A stretch of DNA of 64,000 nucleotides, from NCBI RefSeq assembly GCF_009914755.1, contig NC_060939.1, one strand, 5' to 3'. The stretch is from the human T2T-CHM13v2.0 reference genome, Homo sapiens. The notes beneath the pieces were generated by a model. The model ran no database searches, was not told the origin of the DNA, and saw only the letters and a list, made by a program, of their open reading frames with translations. This document shows, in pieces, positions 47,755 through 63,532 of the stretch. Every line of letters begins with the position of its first letter. The first letter of the stretch is position 1. A program made the position numbers and the translations under genes.

Positions 47755-50197
47755 TAAGCTTTTTAGATTCTTGGTACGTATGTTAAGAATTGTGTACAAA
47801 TTGAGATATCTGTGGACTGGTCCTCAACACAACCAACAAAATCTCAATTATGAAAGGAAAAATGCTTACAGTAGTTTTAGTCATAATTGCTAAAACTTGA
47901 AGTAAGGAAAGTGAATGGACAAACTGTGGTATACCCATACAACAAATACTATCTAATGACAAAAATGAGTTACCAAGCCAAGAAAAGACAAAGACATAGA
48001 AGAACCTTGAATGCACATTATTAAGTGAAAGAGGCCAATCAATCTGAAAAGGCTAGATATTGTATGATTCTAAATATATGACATTCTGGAAAATGCAAAA
48101 CCAAATGTTGAGATAGTAAAAAGATCAGTGGTTGCCAGGAATAAGGGGGAACGGAGGAATGAATAGGTGGAGCAGAGGGGAATTTTAGGGCAGTGAAACT
48201 ATTCTATATGATACTATAATGGTGGATACATTACACAGTTGTCATTATACATTTGTCAAACCTCATAGAATGTACAACAAAAAGAGAAAATCCTTATGTA
48301 AACTATGGACTTCGGTTGATAAAGGGGTTCTAACAAGAAAACCATGTTTTACATTTCCAGTTAGGCTTCCAATTTTTCTTTCAAGACTCTCACAGTGCTC
48401 CTGCTCAGCTCCAGGCTCATACAGGTCTAGGAACAGGTTGGGCTAAAAACGGATCCATGCTACTCTGAAATAAGGGACAAGGCTCTGAGTGTGGCTTTTC
48501 CCCAAGACTTTCAACAGAGTTGGTGAGAAAATCCAACATTAAGCAAACTGTGCTTTGCATCTGCCCGTCAACTTAAATCTGTTGCTTTTATCTTTACAGC
48601 TACTATATACAGTGCTTCAGGTACTACTATGTATGACGCATCTTTAATTCAATACAATAATCTTGAGGGGCAGTAACTATCATCATTTTAGTACATTTTA
48701 ATAAAATGGCGGATTGAAGATATTCAATTCCTTGTGCAATGCTATACCACTTTTAAGTAGTATGCTGGGATTTGAACCCAGGCCTGACTCATTACAAAGT
48801 CCCACTCAACTCTATGCAATCATGCTGTTTCTATAATCTTTGGTAACCACATATCTTCTCTAGTTTCTGATCTCAGGACATCCCATTCCTCTCTGTACTT
48901 GACCACTCCCTTGTCTAGAGTCACTAGTATCTTTGGGAAAACGATACCGTCACTCTCAGTATTGTTTCCACAGAACTTATATCAGTGAGGCCAGCAACTT
49001 CCTCTTAGGGCGAATATTATGTTCATCTTTTCCTCTACTTTCTTAATTACAATGCTTACATTAACTAGAAGAACTATGAATTCTAGGCAATGTTGTATAG
49101 GGAAAAAACACCATTCTTTCTGCCAAAGTAAAAAAGCTAGGAAAATGAAACAAAAAAACCAATCTTCTATTTAGAATAAAACAATATAAAATGATGGGTT
49201 ATAAAACAGCTAAAGCCTAATGTGTGAAATGTGTGAAAATACCTGGTTTTGGTAAGACAGAAATACTTAACTATAGAGAACTAACTCACTGGTGAAAAAC
49301 TGAAAGAATGGCCTAAGAAAAATAGGAAGTCATGACCAATTATTAAATAATAATATTTGTCTTTACCACCTCCATTACTGCTTTGTATAGCAGCAATAAA
49401 ACATAGATGTTATCTAAAGGGTTTCTTTCCATTGTACTAATTTTTGAAGGACTATCTCCAGTCTGTTCTTAACTATTTTTGGAAGTTAGGGAAGATTTGT
49501 CTACAGACTAGCAAGTAAACTGACAGTATAGATTCAACTACTTACTGGCATAATGGAAAGCCAGGAAATGAGTGTTGAAAAAAGTTCTATACAAAGAAAA
49601 TTGAAACCAGATCTAAAAAAGTCTAGTCTAAGATAACCCTTTTATGTCTCTTTTTTAATATAAAAGAAAAAAATTGTTTGTGACATATAAGAGAGGATAT
49701 AGAAAGTCCAAGATTTCCATATATGTACCTTCAGCTATTGAGTCTAAACACTAGCAAACGGAGATTTTCAAAGTAACCCGAATGAAGTCAAGACACTGCA
49801 TCCATTTTATCCTGGGCTTATTTCTTTATCCTTCAGGAAAAGATGTCTTTTATACCAGAAACTATCAAACAAGCTAACAGATGGCAAGGGCACTGAATCA
49901 AGTCTAATTTGGGTTGAATTCAAATTTGATTATCTAGAGACATGAAAGCAATATACCTATATTAGCATCAGATGTGTAATGCTGATAAAAATGTTATGGA
50001 AGTATGATACAGCAGAGAACTTTCTGGACTTAAAAGATCCCTTTGGGCTAACTAGTTAGAAAACTCTGGCAAAGTCACAAATTCCTTCTGCCTCAGGATC
50101 CTTTACCTGCACAATGGGATGATAATAACTGGTCTTCCTTTCTGTGAGATGCTGAGAGGATACAATGGAATATTTTTAAAATTTTTTCTTCACTGGG

Positions 50198-50440
50198 TGT
50201 GGTAGGCAGAATAATGACCCCACAAAGATGTCCAAATCCCCAGAACTTGTGAAATTGTTACCTTATATGGATTCTCCCTTAGAGCCTTCTGAAGGAATGC
50301 AGACCTGCCAAAACCTTGATTCTAGCCCAGTGAAACTTATTTCATATTTCCGGCCTCCTGAATTCCAAGATAATAAATGTATTGTTTTAAACAATTACGT
50401 TTATGACAATTTGTTACAGCAGTAATAAGAAACTAACACA
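50198..50440 (+). mobile_element. MLT1-type MaLR LTR, internally deleted
   Basis: TGTGGTAGGCAGAATAATG...AACTAACACA; flanks CTGGG and CTGAG. Confidence 0.7.
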
Positions 50441-50871
50441 CTGAGTTTGGTCTCAGCTCTGACACTTTCCCTTTCTATGTATCCCTGGGCCAGTTACTTA
50501 TGTCTTTGAACTTTAGTTTCCTCATCTATCAAATAAGAATTAACAATAGCAACTACCAGTTGTTACAGAGATCAAATAGGATAACTAAGTGCTATAGCAT
50601 AAGTGATTAAAAATGGTAACTATCCTTATATTTACTTCTTATGTTACACTAAGGCAATATAATGCAATTATTTTTACACAACCTACATTCAACTTATAGT
50701 TTCCATATATACCAGAGATGTATATTAAAGCTTCTATCACTAAAGTTATTGGTAATATATTGATGGACAAGTCATTAGTTTGTTCTTGCAGATCATAAAG
50801 TTGAAGTTCTTTTAGATCTCAAAGTTCCCAAAGGGAAGAAGCAATATATATGTAATTCATTTGAAACCCAG

Positions 50872-50917
50872 CATTTTAAATCCAGTAAAAAGTCCATTTT
50901 AAATCCAGTAAAAAGTC
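50872..50917. repeat. Perfect 23-bp tandem duplication
   Basis: CATTTTAAATCCAGTAAAAAGTC x2. Confidence 0.9.
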
Positions 50918-51070
50918 AAGACTCTACACTGATTTTGTCCTTAGATTACCTCCATATCCTTCAGGAAAAAGTGTCTTTTAAACCAGAAAACTTTTGATGA
51001 CCAAAGATAAAATTTAAATAGGAATCTGAAGGAATAGGAAGAGAAATCATTGATTAAGAAAATAAATTCA

Positions 51071-51379
<309 letters not shown>

Positions 51380-51487
51380 TTCACAAGGAAGTTTAATGAT
51401 TTGGGTTTTTAGCAATATTCAGCTAGTTTATGTCAGGAATGATTATCTCCAGGGTTTTCTACTTCTAGATCTGTGCTATTTTATTAC

Positions 51488-51705
51488 AGTAGAGATCAGC
51501 AAACTATGTCCCATGGGTAAAATCTGGTCTGCCATCTCTTTTTGTAAAGAAAGTTTTATTAAAACAGGCAAACACATCCATTCACATACTGCCTATACCT
51601 GCTTTTGTGCTACAAAGGCAAACTGAGTAGTTGCAACAGAGACTATGCCCTGTAAAACCTAAAGTACTTAAAATTGGCCCATATACAAGAAGTATACTGT
51701 CCCTA
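51488..51705. mobile_element. MER58A-like MITE
   Basis: CAGCAAACTATG...TGTAAAGAAAGTTTTATT...GAGTAGTTGCAACAGAGAC. Confidence 0.65.
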
Positions 51706-52039
51706 GTGTTACAGCATATTACTTCGCAAGGCATGTAAGCTTATTTTATCTTATAAGGTGTTTCAAAACAATAGATTTTTAAAATGAACTTTCAGCAAAC
51801 TATTAAGTTTACACAAATAAAGGAATACTGTGGCTTGATGTACCATATAATATTAAACATGGATGAAATTCTGGGTAGTACAGGTTCTACGGCTCCACTA
51901 AGATACCATGGAGGTGAGTTCAATTCTGGCTAAATAATGTTGATTTATTAACAGCAAAATCACTCAGCATACAAATGCTGAGCAAAATAAAATAATGACT
52001 TATGACTGCTATAATTATTATTCAATAAAAGTGACTGTA

Positions 52040-52344
<305 letters not shown>

Positions 52345-53882
52345 GTGACTGTAAAGATGTTTGATCATAATTTATATTCAAAATTTATCATGATTAAAAA
52401 TGCAAAATACTGTTTCCTTCTCTGGTGTTTTCATAAAACATTTATTCATTATTATTTACTGAGTTCCTCATCTTATCCTTTTATAAGACTCATACATTAT
52501 GTTTTCTTTATGATCAAGTATGGGAAAGAACTAATAACTATTGGATATGAAGATGTTCTAGAAACTAAAATATATAATCATTGAATTTTCAAAATAAACT
52601 TATAAAGAAAGATTTTTCATTTCCATTTTATAGATGAAGAAACAGACTCAGGGAAAGTGAACATTCCCTCCAAGGTTAAGCTATTAAAGCCATTAGGGTG
52701 CCTAAGCTGGGAATTCAGCCCAGGTTTTTTAGTGGCCAAGGTTCTCTTTTTAGTACTTTTCCTAATTCATAATATCTCAGATTCAATGACCTCTTTGGTA
52801 TATTTGGTATAGAACTGTTGGTCCAGTTAACTACTTGTTCAAGTTATTTGGATTTAAAGCTCCTTTTGAGAAAATAAAAAATTAGCCTTGCTTACTTGGG
52901 GAAGTGGAATAGCCCTAACTTTCGGAAAAAAGGTAAGTCAGTCTCCTAAATTTTAAAATAAATATCAACTCTGCTATTTATACAATTGTGTCATCTAAAG
53001 CACATGGATCTCCTCTGGACTCAACAAGACAAAATACAGACATACCGGAGACTCATAACAGAATTTGATAAAGTTTTATTCAATCAATTTTCTTTCTAAA
53101 GTTTGCTTGTTCCTATTCAACATAGGCCAAAGGACATTTTATTTATCTGCTCCCTTCACTAAACTCTATACTTGTATGTAGGTCATCTATAAACAACAAA
53201 CCAGGGCAATATTATCTCAAAAGTCCTATGAAAAAGTCATAAATTAATTCAGATTTAATGTTATGAGCCTGGCTTTTTATAGAGTGATATGAGAAACATC
53301 TCATCAGAGAGCATTTCTAGCTCTTTTACAAAACCCTAGCTTGAGATATCTGAATTCTTATACCTGATGTCTCTTATATAAAGATCAATGTAATACCTCC
53401 TAAAGTTCAGTGTTAGCAAAAGTGAATTTTTCATTTATTAGCAATAAACATCTTTTTAAAGGAACACATAAGCTTGAAATCTGAAAAAAAAATCTTTTGA
53501 ATAAAGAAAATTCTGAAAGATCATAATTCCCTAAGATGAATGTATTCTGAAAGCAGTATGTTTGCAGTCAGAAAAGACTGAAATCCAATTAACTGGAACC
53601 CTTCATTAACTGGAATAATGTTCTATGCAATGCTTTTGAGAAAAGGAAATAGAAAAAGACATGCAAAAATTAGGCTTTGGGAGAATCAAGGTAAAATAAA
53701 AAATGGTCCCTATACACAAAGAAATTAGCCTAGTAGGGGAGTAGAAATTTATACATAAAATGACAAAACACAGAAAATGATAATTAGGACCCTAAGATTT
53801 ACAGATAAAGAGTTCTGGGAGTTCAGAGATCATTTCTACATGGCTTCCAGTAGAAAAAATAAAGGTTTTGAAAACAGATGGC

Positions 53883-54229
<347 letters not shown>

Positions 54230-54735
54230 TTATTTTCCTTCTTGTTTATTAAGACATTATTTACATACAATAAAATTCACCAATTTTAAGTGTACAGTTT
54301 GATAATTTTTATTATTTGTATACAATTGTATAACCAACATAACAATGAAGATATAGAACAATTCCCTCACTCAAAAAGTGTCCTTGTGTCCCTTTGCACT
54401 TGATCCCTTCTCCCTAACTCCTGGCCTCAATAACCACTTTAATCTGCTGTCAGTCACTATTGCTATTCCTTTTCTAGAATTTCATATAAATAGAATTATA
54501 TACTACATAGTAGTCATGTTTGACTTGCCTCACTTACCATGTTGTTTTTGAGATACATTAATCTTGTGTGTATCATTATTTCGCTCCTTTTTATGGCTAG
54601 TATGATTCCATGGAATGGATACACCACAATGTATTCTTCACCAGTTTTCAGCTATCATGAATAATATTATTATAAACATTCATGAACACATTCCTGGGTG
54701 GGCATGTGTTTTCATTTCAGTTGGGTAAATACCTT

Positions 54736-55435
<700 letters not shown>

Positions 55436-55854
55436 ACCTTAAAATGGAATTGCTAGGTCAAATGGTGAGTGGCTTAACTTTATATGGTATTACCATATTG
55501 GTTTTCAAAGCTGTGTACCATTTTTGCATTCCCACTTGCGATATATGAGAATTCCAATTGCTCCATAACCTCATCAACACTTGGTATCGTTGGTCTTTTG
55601 CTAAAATTCACATTTGTCAGATAAGTGATGTTAAGTGTCCCCCCATGTGCTTACTGACCATTCATATATTTACTGTGAAGTTCATGTTCAAATCATTTGC
55701 CCATTTTAAATTGGGTTTGCTTACTGAGTTGTAAAACTTCATGTATTCTAGATACAAGATCTTTATCACATAGGCTTTGCAAAAATTTACTCCCAGTTTG
55801 TGGACTGCCTTTTTAATTGTCTTTCGAAAAGCTAGTTCCCAATTCTGATAAAGT

Positions 55855-56168
55855 ATAGCTATCCCTCAGTGTCTGTGGGTGATTGGTTCTGGGACCCCTG
55901 AGGATGCTCAAGTCCTTTATATGAAATGGTACAGTAATTGCATATAACCTATGCACACTCTCGTATACTTTAAATCATCTCTAAATTACTTATAACACCT
56001 AATACAATGTAAATAATTGTTACACTGCACTGTTTAGGGAATGACAATAAAAAGTCTGTACATGTTCAGTACAGACACAACCAACCTTTTTCAGAAAAAT
56101 ATTTTCGATCTGTGGTTGGTTGGTTGAATCTACAGATGCAGAACCCATGGCTACAGAAGGCCCACTGG
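55855..56168. mobile_element. MER2 (Tigger-family MITE)
   Basis: GATTGGTTCTGGGACCCC...GGATGCTCAAGTCC...GCATATAACCTATGCAC. Confidence 0.75.
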
Positions 56169-56723
56169 ACATTTAAACGATAACTTCTTTTAGTTTGTGC
56201 TTTTGATTATCTTTTTCTTTTTTTGAGATGGAGTCTCGTTATGTTGCCCCTGCACCTAGCCAATGATCTTTTAAAGAAATTTTTGCCTAACACGTGTAAC
56301 AAACACATTTCCCTATGGTTTCATGTACAAGTTTAATAGCTTTGTTACCTGTAGATTTATGATCAATTTTGAGATATATTTTATATTTATATTTATTTTT
56401 GTCAATACCAGACTGTTTTGATTACTACAGCTTTACAGTAAATCTTGAAATCAAGTAATTTGTCTTCCAACTTTATCAAAATTGTTTTAGCTATTTTAGG
56501 CTATCTTCCCATATAAATCTAAAAACAGCTTGTCCATATCTTCAAAATACCTGTTGCAATTCTGATTAAAACTGCAGTAAATTTATGTCTATTTGAGGAG
56601 GATTGCCATCTTAACAATTTTTGAGTCCTCTGATCAATGAAACAGTACACTGCTCCATTTATTTAGGTCTTCTTTAATTTCCCTTTGGAACGTTTTGTAT
56701 TTTCAGTGTGTAAGTCTTTAATA

Positions 56724-58302
56724 TGAGGGATCTTCGAAAAGTTCATGGAAAATGTGTATTATGGAAAAACTGCATGGATTTTCAAATTTTTCTGCACCAA
56801 ATAAACTCATACTAAGTTGTGATAGCATGTCTGAATGGGATCTAGTTTAAGGTGTTAAGAAGAATAAGACATCAGTTTGAAAAGAGTCCCTATCAGAGAA
56901 ACATTAATTCTGCTAAAATTGAAGCAAGAACAAACATCAACTTTATAGTAAAGCTTGGGTGGAAGCATGGTGAAGTAACTGATGCCTTATGAAAGTTTAT
57001 GGGGTCAATGCCCCAAAGAAATCAGTAGTTTACAAATGGATAACTTCTTTTAAGAAGCGACAACACGATGCTGAAGATAAAGCCTGCACTGGCAGTCCAT
57101 TCACACTTATTTGTGAGGAAAAAATTAATCTTGTTCTGCCCTAATTGAAAAGGACTCATGATTAGCAGCAGAAACAATAGCCAATACCATAGACATCTAA
57201 TTAGTTCAGCTTACACAATTCTGGCTGAAAAATTAAAGTTGAGCAAACTTGCCACTCAACGGGGGCCAAAACCATTACTCCTAGATCAGCTGCGGACAAG
57301 AGCAGAGATTTTAATGGAAATTTTAAACAAGTAGGATTGAGATCCTGAAGCGTTTCTTCGAAGAATTGTACAGGAGATGAAACACGGCTTTACCAGTATG
57401 GTCTTAAAGACAAAGTACAGGCAGGGTGCGGGGGCTCACACCTGTAATCTCAGCACCTTGGGAGGCTGAAGCGGATCATTTGATCCTAGGAGTTCAAGAT
57501 CAGCCTGGGCAACATAGGGAGACCCTGCCTATACAAAAAAGAAAAAAGAGCTGGGCATGGTGGCATGCACCTGCAGTCTTAGCTGCTCAGGAGGCTGAGG
57601 TGGAAGGATCACTTGAGTATGAGATGTCGAGGTGGCAGTGAGCTGTGCCACTGTACTCCAGCCTGGGTGACCAAGAGAGACTCTGTCTCAAAAAAAAAAA
57701 AAAAAAAAAAAGGGCAGGTTGTGGGGAGCACAAAGTACAGTTGAAGCAATAGCTACCAAGATGTGGAAATGGTCCATTCAAAGCAAAAGTGGGCTGGTAG
57801 ACAGCAAAGGTCATGACAACAGTTTTTTGGGATGCTCAAGGCATTTTGCTTGTTGACTTTCTGGAGGGCAAAAGAATGATAATATCTGATTATTATGAGT
57901 GTTTTGAGAAAGTTAGCCAAAGCTTTAGCAGAAAAATGCTTGGGAAAGCTTCACCAGAGAGTCCTCCACCACAGCAACGTTCCTGGTTCATTCTTCTCAT
58001 TAAACAAGAGCAATGTTTTGACAGTTTTCATTAGGCATCTACCTCATAGTTCTGGTTTGGTTCCTTCCGACTTCTTTTGGTTTCCTAATCTTAAAAAAAT
58101 TGGGCAACTCATTTTTATTCAGTTAATAATGTAAAATATACCGCATTGATGTGGTTAAATCCCCAGGACCCCAGGTTCTTTAGGGATAGACTAAATGGCT
58201 GATATCACTGCTTATAAAAGTGTTTTGAACTGGATGGAGCTTTTGTTAATAAATAAAGTTTATATATTTTTTCATTTCCACAAACTTTTGGAAGTCTCTT
58301 CA
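56724..58302 (+). mobile_element. Full-length HSMAR2 mariner fossil with an AluJ insertion
   Basis: TIR-like ends TGAGGGATCTTCGAAAAGTTCATGGAAA and TTTCCACAAACTTTTGGAAGTCTCTTCA, both TA-flanked; mariner peptides VFWDAQGILLVDFL and HLPHSSGLVPSDFFWFPNLKK (YSPDLAPSD-like). Confidence 0.9.
57420..57711 (+). mobile_element. AluJ inside HSMAR2
   Basis: TSD ACAAAGTACAG. Confidence 0.88.
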
Positions 58303-59034
58303 TATTTTTTGTTAAATTTATCCTAAAAACTTTGTTTTTTGATGCTACTGTAAATGGAATTGCTTAAAATTTCATTTTCCAAATGTGTATTGCAAATATA
58401 TAGAAATGAAGTGATTTTTGTCTATTGACTGTGTATAATGCTACCTTGCTAAATTTATTTTAGTATCTTTTAAAAAATTCCTTAGCATTTTCTACATATA
58501 TGATCACGTCATCTGGAAATAAGGCTAGTTTTAATTCTTCCTTTCCAATCTGTATGCCTTTATATTTTGCCTTATTGCACTGGATAAGTCTTCTAGAACA
58601 ATGTTAAATAAAAGTGGTAAAAGTGGACATCCTTGCCTTGTTCCTGACATTAGATAGAAGGCACTGAGCTATTCATCATCAAAGATGAATATAATGCTAT
58701 CTGTAGGTTTTTTTGGTAGATAACCTCAATCAGGTTGAGGAAATTTCTTTATAATATTAAAGTTTCCCCATTACTTTGATACAAACATTTTATCATGACA
58801 AAATGTCATTTGACTTTGTCAAATGTTTTCTCGCATTTATTGAAATAATCATGTTTTTTTTTTGGTCTCCTATATTCTATTAAAATGGTGAATTATGTTG
58901 ATAGATTGTCAGATGTTAAACCAACACTGCAACCCTGGGATGATTTTATTATTCATTTTATTTATTTAGTTAGCTAACATTTTGTTAAGGAATTATGCCT
59001 CTATTTTCATGAGGAACGTTGGTCTTTAATTCTC

Positions 59035-59210
59035 TTTTCTTTTTTTTTTTAAAGAGATGGGGTCTTACTATGTATCCTAGGCTGGAATACAGTGGTTATT
59101 CACAGGCACAATTATAGTGCACTAAAGCCTTGAACTTCTAAGCTCAAGTGATCCTCCTGCCTCAGCCTACTGAATAACTGGGACTAATGGCACACACCAC
59201 TGCACTCAGG
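59035..59210 (-). mobile_element. Alu monomer (FAM/FRAM-like)
   Basis: Poly(T) followed by a single old Alu arm. Confidence 0.7.
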
Positions 59211-62200
59211 TATATTTTGCATTATTTTTTTTCCCAGTTTCTCTTTTCTGATTCACTAGACCAGAAAGGCTATATGTTTTTCCATGTGTGGGCCATTGCT
59301 ACCCATTTCACACTGCACAGACTGCACTTAGTTCCTGGTTGCAAATGAGTGTGGGGGTGGTGTGGAGAAAGGAATGACATACTAAACTGCTCAAGGAAAG
59401 GTATGAAGGTAAGAAATCATATGAACAGTGAGATGCAGTGAGATGAACAATAATATAATTTGAAGTTAGGATTAAATCATGTAAATTGTTGAATACCAGC
59501 TAGATCTAAGAGTATGGCTAATGAAATATATATTTTAGACAGAAGGATAACATAATCATATCTATATTCTAAATTAAGATTAATATATGTATACTGTATA
59601 TAATGAATTGCAATACAGACAATGACTGGAGGTAGGAGAATAATAAAGAGGCAGTTCCAGAAGTGCAGGTGGGAGGTAATGAGGTTTTAACTAGGCTAGC
59701 GGCAGAAAGAATAGAAAGGAAGGATTGGAAATGAGATGATTCAGCAATGATTGATGACCCCGAAATTTTTCAATAATCTGAATTATCACAAAAAGATAAG
59801 ATTTTTAAAGTTATTTGGAGGGAGTGTACACATTGTTTATTTAATAGTGAGGGCTATTATACAAGCAAATCAATGTAAAATAATCCCTTTATATGTATGA
59901 GCATAGTTAATTTGGTAAACAACAGACAATTACATACTGTGATCATAAGGACTTTAGTATCAGTTACCATATAGCAGGTACTCTTTAGTCAGGATATACC
60001 TATATAGGTGCTAAATTAAAAATCAACCTTATATCTCAAATTTACTTCCTAGTAGAGTGTAACGCTGCCATAATTGCAAGCCTAATTATGGGGTTGTCCA
60101 TACTGCAGTCCCATCAGTACTCATACACCAAAGGGTCGGGCCTGTGAAGACTGGAAAAAGAATAAAATATCTTTTGATTGAGATACTACAAGCAAAAATG
60201 ACTTTCTGGCTACCATTACTGCAAAGAACAAAACTCAACTGAAAACAATATGTAGCAATTAAAAAGTACTCATTATCTTCAAAACACACTTTTTAACTAA
60301 TTGAGACTCTAAATTCATTGGTTCTACTATAATTTTATACCCTAGTAATTTTATATGCTAAAATTCATTTATTAATAGGCCATACTTTAGTTGAATAGTT
60401 GTTAAATAATTTTATTTTGACTCATATGCAAATTTTTAAATACATATTGAGAAGCATGCAGACATCAACATTTCCTCCCTCTTCCACAAAAAGAATTTAC
60501 AGATGTTAGCAATTTAGGTATGACAAAAGCAAAAGATACTTTGTTTTTCAAAGTGGGGCAAGACGGGAGGAAGAAAAGATGGTCATAATTAGCTAGTAGA
60601 TAAAAGAGTAAAAGTGTGCTCCTCAATGAAAAGACTGCCAGTTAAAATTCTTCATGAGAAACTTGGTAAAAAATGATGCAGTCTTGGTAAAATTATTTGG
60701 TTTTAGAGAGTTGATTAACAAAAATGTACTATGCATTGAGGTTTGATTTACTTAAAAGTTGCAACTTTTACTCAGAAGCTTCAAGGCATTTCAGAAAAAA
60801 TTAAATGTCTTTTAAAAGTTGCCTTCTTACCACTTAGATGTTACTTGACTACGCAATACATCCCTTTTATCAACATATGATTGGAGCTGATAGGTATATG
60901 AGAAATTACCTGAGATACCTTAGTAAAATTAATTATAATGTTGCCAATACAATAGCTCACTACAATTCATACAAGCTAAAATTCAAAAAAAAAAAAAAAA
61001 ACGGTGAGGAACCAGTTAATCATCTATCAAACTGCTTTTAAAATAGGCAATATGTATCAAAACATCCCCAGGCAAAAAAAAATGAAACAAAGTAAAAGCA
61101 AACAAAGTACATTAAAAATTCACATGTCTTTTTATCTTGCAATTAATTTCTAGGAATTTAAAGGAAGGCAATGATATGTTCAATGATTAATCTATATGCA
61201 CGAATAAGTTTCCTCAGATATTTCTTATGTGTTTTTTATGACAGGGAAATGACAATCTATATGTCTCATAGACAGTATAGCGATAGGAGAGAATATTATA
61301 GTTATTGAAATGGAGATGATTACTTAGTTGAAAAATGTTCATAAAATATTACTAGGTTTAAAAAGTAGATTAGAAACTAAATACAGACAATCCTAGTTTT
61401 GCTAAAAACAATGTATATAAACTTAATAAAAAAGATTGAAAGACTAATAAATAACAAGATATTGAATGGAAATGTATGTCTTCCAAGTATTCTACTATGA
61501 GGATAGAATTCATTTAATATTTATTGTTTTCATAATCAGAAAAAATAAGTTCGAGTTACTAAAAAACTGTAGCATATGCCCTTTACCCACATGCAATGTA
61601 CTCTAGATATTCTAGGTCTGATGGTTATACATAAACTTTCCACTCTGTCATTGCAGTCGTGAATGAGCCCAGCAAAGATCATTTTAACATCTATCACGTG
61701 GTCAGTCACTTGGGAGGGATTATATAAAATTATTATGAGTTTGGGGACCTAAATGATTGCCCTGTTGTAGACCAACACTAAAGTAAGACTATGGATGTCC
61801 TAGGCAAGATTTCTTCTCTAGAGGTGAAAGGGTAGTGCATTAACCAGGTTTTATATTAAATGTCTTCATCATTTGTGAGCAGCCAGATGGTTGGTAATAC
61901 GTGTAGATATTTTGAAACATAGGCTGGCTGATTTCAATTAGCTTTGAAGTGAGACAAATGATAGTATTGCTAAGCCCAGGGGTACTGAGAGAATATTTTC
62001 TTACAGATGAATATCCCATCAACTAGAGTTCCCATTTATATAATATAGCTAATAGGTTATCCTGGAACACATGTGCTGTTGGAAAAAATCTCTTTTATGA
62101 AGCACCTAACTGGGCAAACATTTTAGGCACACTATAAGAAAACCAGTTAATGTGAGAGAGAAAAAGGAATTTAAAAACCATTATAGCCTATATGCTTGTA

Positions 62201-63394
62201 TTTCAGAATGTACTAAGAAGTTTTGTGAAGGATTTTGGCTGCAAATAAAAATACTTCTGTGATAATCTGCAGGAATTTTGGGCCGAATCAAAGGCTCTGC
62301 CTGAAAAGATTACTAACCAAACAAATGTTGGCTTGCCCAGGTTTAGCATGCAACGCCAATTTTAAGTCGTGCTCCTCAAGGTGCCAGCTGTGTTCCTGAT
62401 GATTCTCCTCTATACTATACTCAGTAAAAGAGTACAGTAAGAATGTCACTACTGGGGCATATCTTGGCCTCAAAAATTCAGGTGAGTTAGGATGGAATGG
62501 AATTAATTCTTTTTTTTTCTTTTTCAAAATAAAGTTGAGGATCTAAAATTTTTCTGAATCACAGGAATTCTAATGGACATTCAGAAGAATGATTTGACCC
62601 AAGTTTTCCAAAGGAAACTAATGAATAATTTTTTAAAACATGAAGTAGAAACATAAAAAAATGAAAACATACATTTAACCTTTTTCTTTCATAGAAAACA
62701 AATCACAAAATTTGTTTCTCCTTCTTTCTCTCTTCTTGTTTGCTGCCTTACAAATGAAATGCCTCACACTGAGAAAATTAAACAGTTTTTAATGCTTGTT
62801 TCATTCCACTCAGTGACAAGGATGTTTGTTATTAACTATTAAATGCCTACTATAATGCAGACAGTATACTATCCAAGTGTTTCATATATATTACTGCTAA
62901 TCACTAATTATCCCAATGATCTTATGCATTTTACAGACTAAGGAATTTTCATTTTATTTTGATTTTATAGACTAAGGAATTGAGAGTCAAATAAATTAAG
63001 TAACTTGACCAAGGTCACACAGGTTCTACTGCAGAATCCACACTCCTTTCACATAATGATAGTTAAGTGGGAAAATCTCTGTTAATCAACTGGTCTTGGT
63101 GATTGATTTTTCTTGCAAGCAGAAACAATGAAAGGCTCTTCTGGGTCCCTTCACTATAGCCCTCTGGACAAACTCCAGACAAAGCCTGCTGGAACTCCAG
63201 AGAAAGCATGGAGCTCCCACTAATAAAAGGGCATGTCTTCCAGAGGCTATTTTCTTTGCCACAGAAAGCATAGCATTATGAAATAGTTCAAAATGGCAAA
63301 ATAAAGCGCAAACAGATTTAATCTTACAGGCAAAAAGTCAAACAGAGTAAGAAGACAGGTGACACAGGTAACAAGGACAACTCTTTAGACTTCT

Positions 63395-63532
63395 GCCACT
63401 CAAAATACAGTCCACGAACTAGCAGCATTGGTAATACCTGTGAGCTTGTTAGAAATGCAGTGTCTCAGGCCCCACTCCAGATTTAGAATCAGTCCATGCT
63501 TTAGTATGTATATGAAAATTTGAGAAGCAATA
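63395..63532. mobile_element. MER5A-like fragment
   Basis: GAGCTTGTTAGAAATGCAG...TTTGAGAAGCA. Confidence 0.6.

Noticed and set aside
57813-58134. Mariner transposase ORFs as a SETMAR-like exaptation
   Set aside because: Frameshifted, Alu-interrupted and antisense to the host gene.
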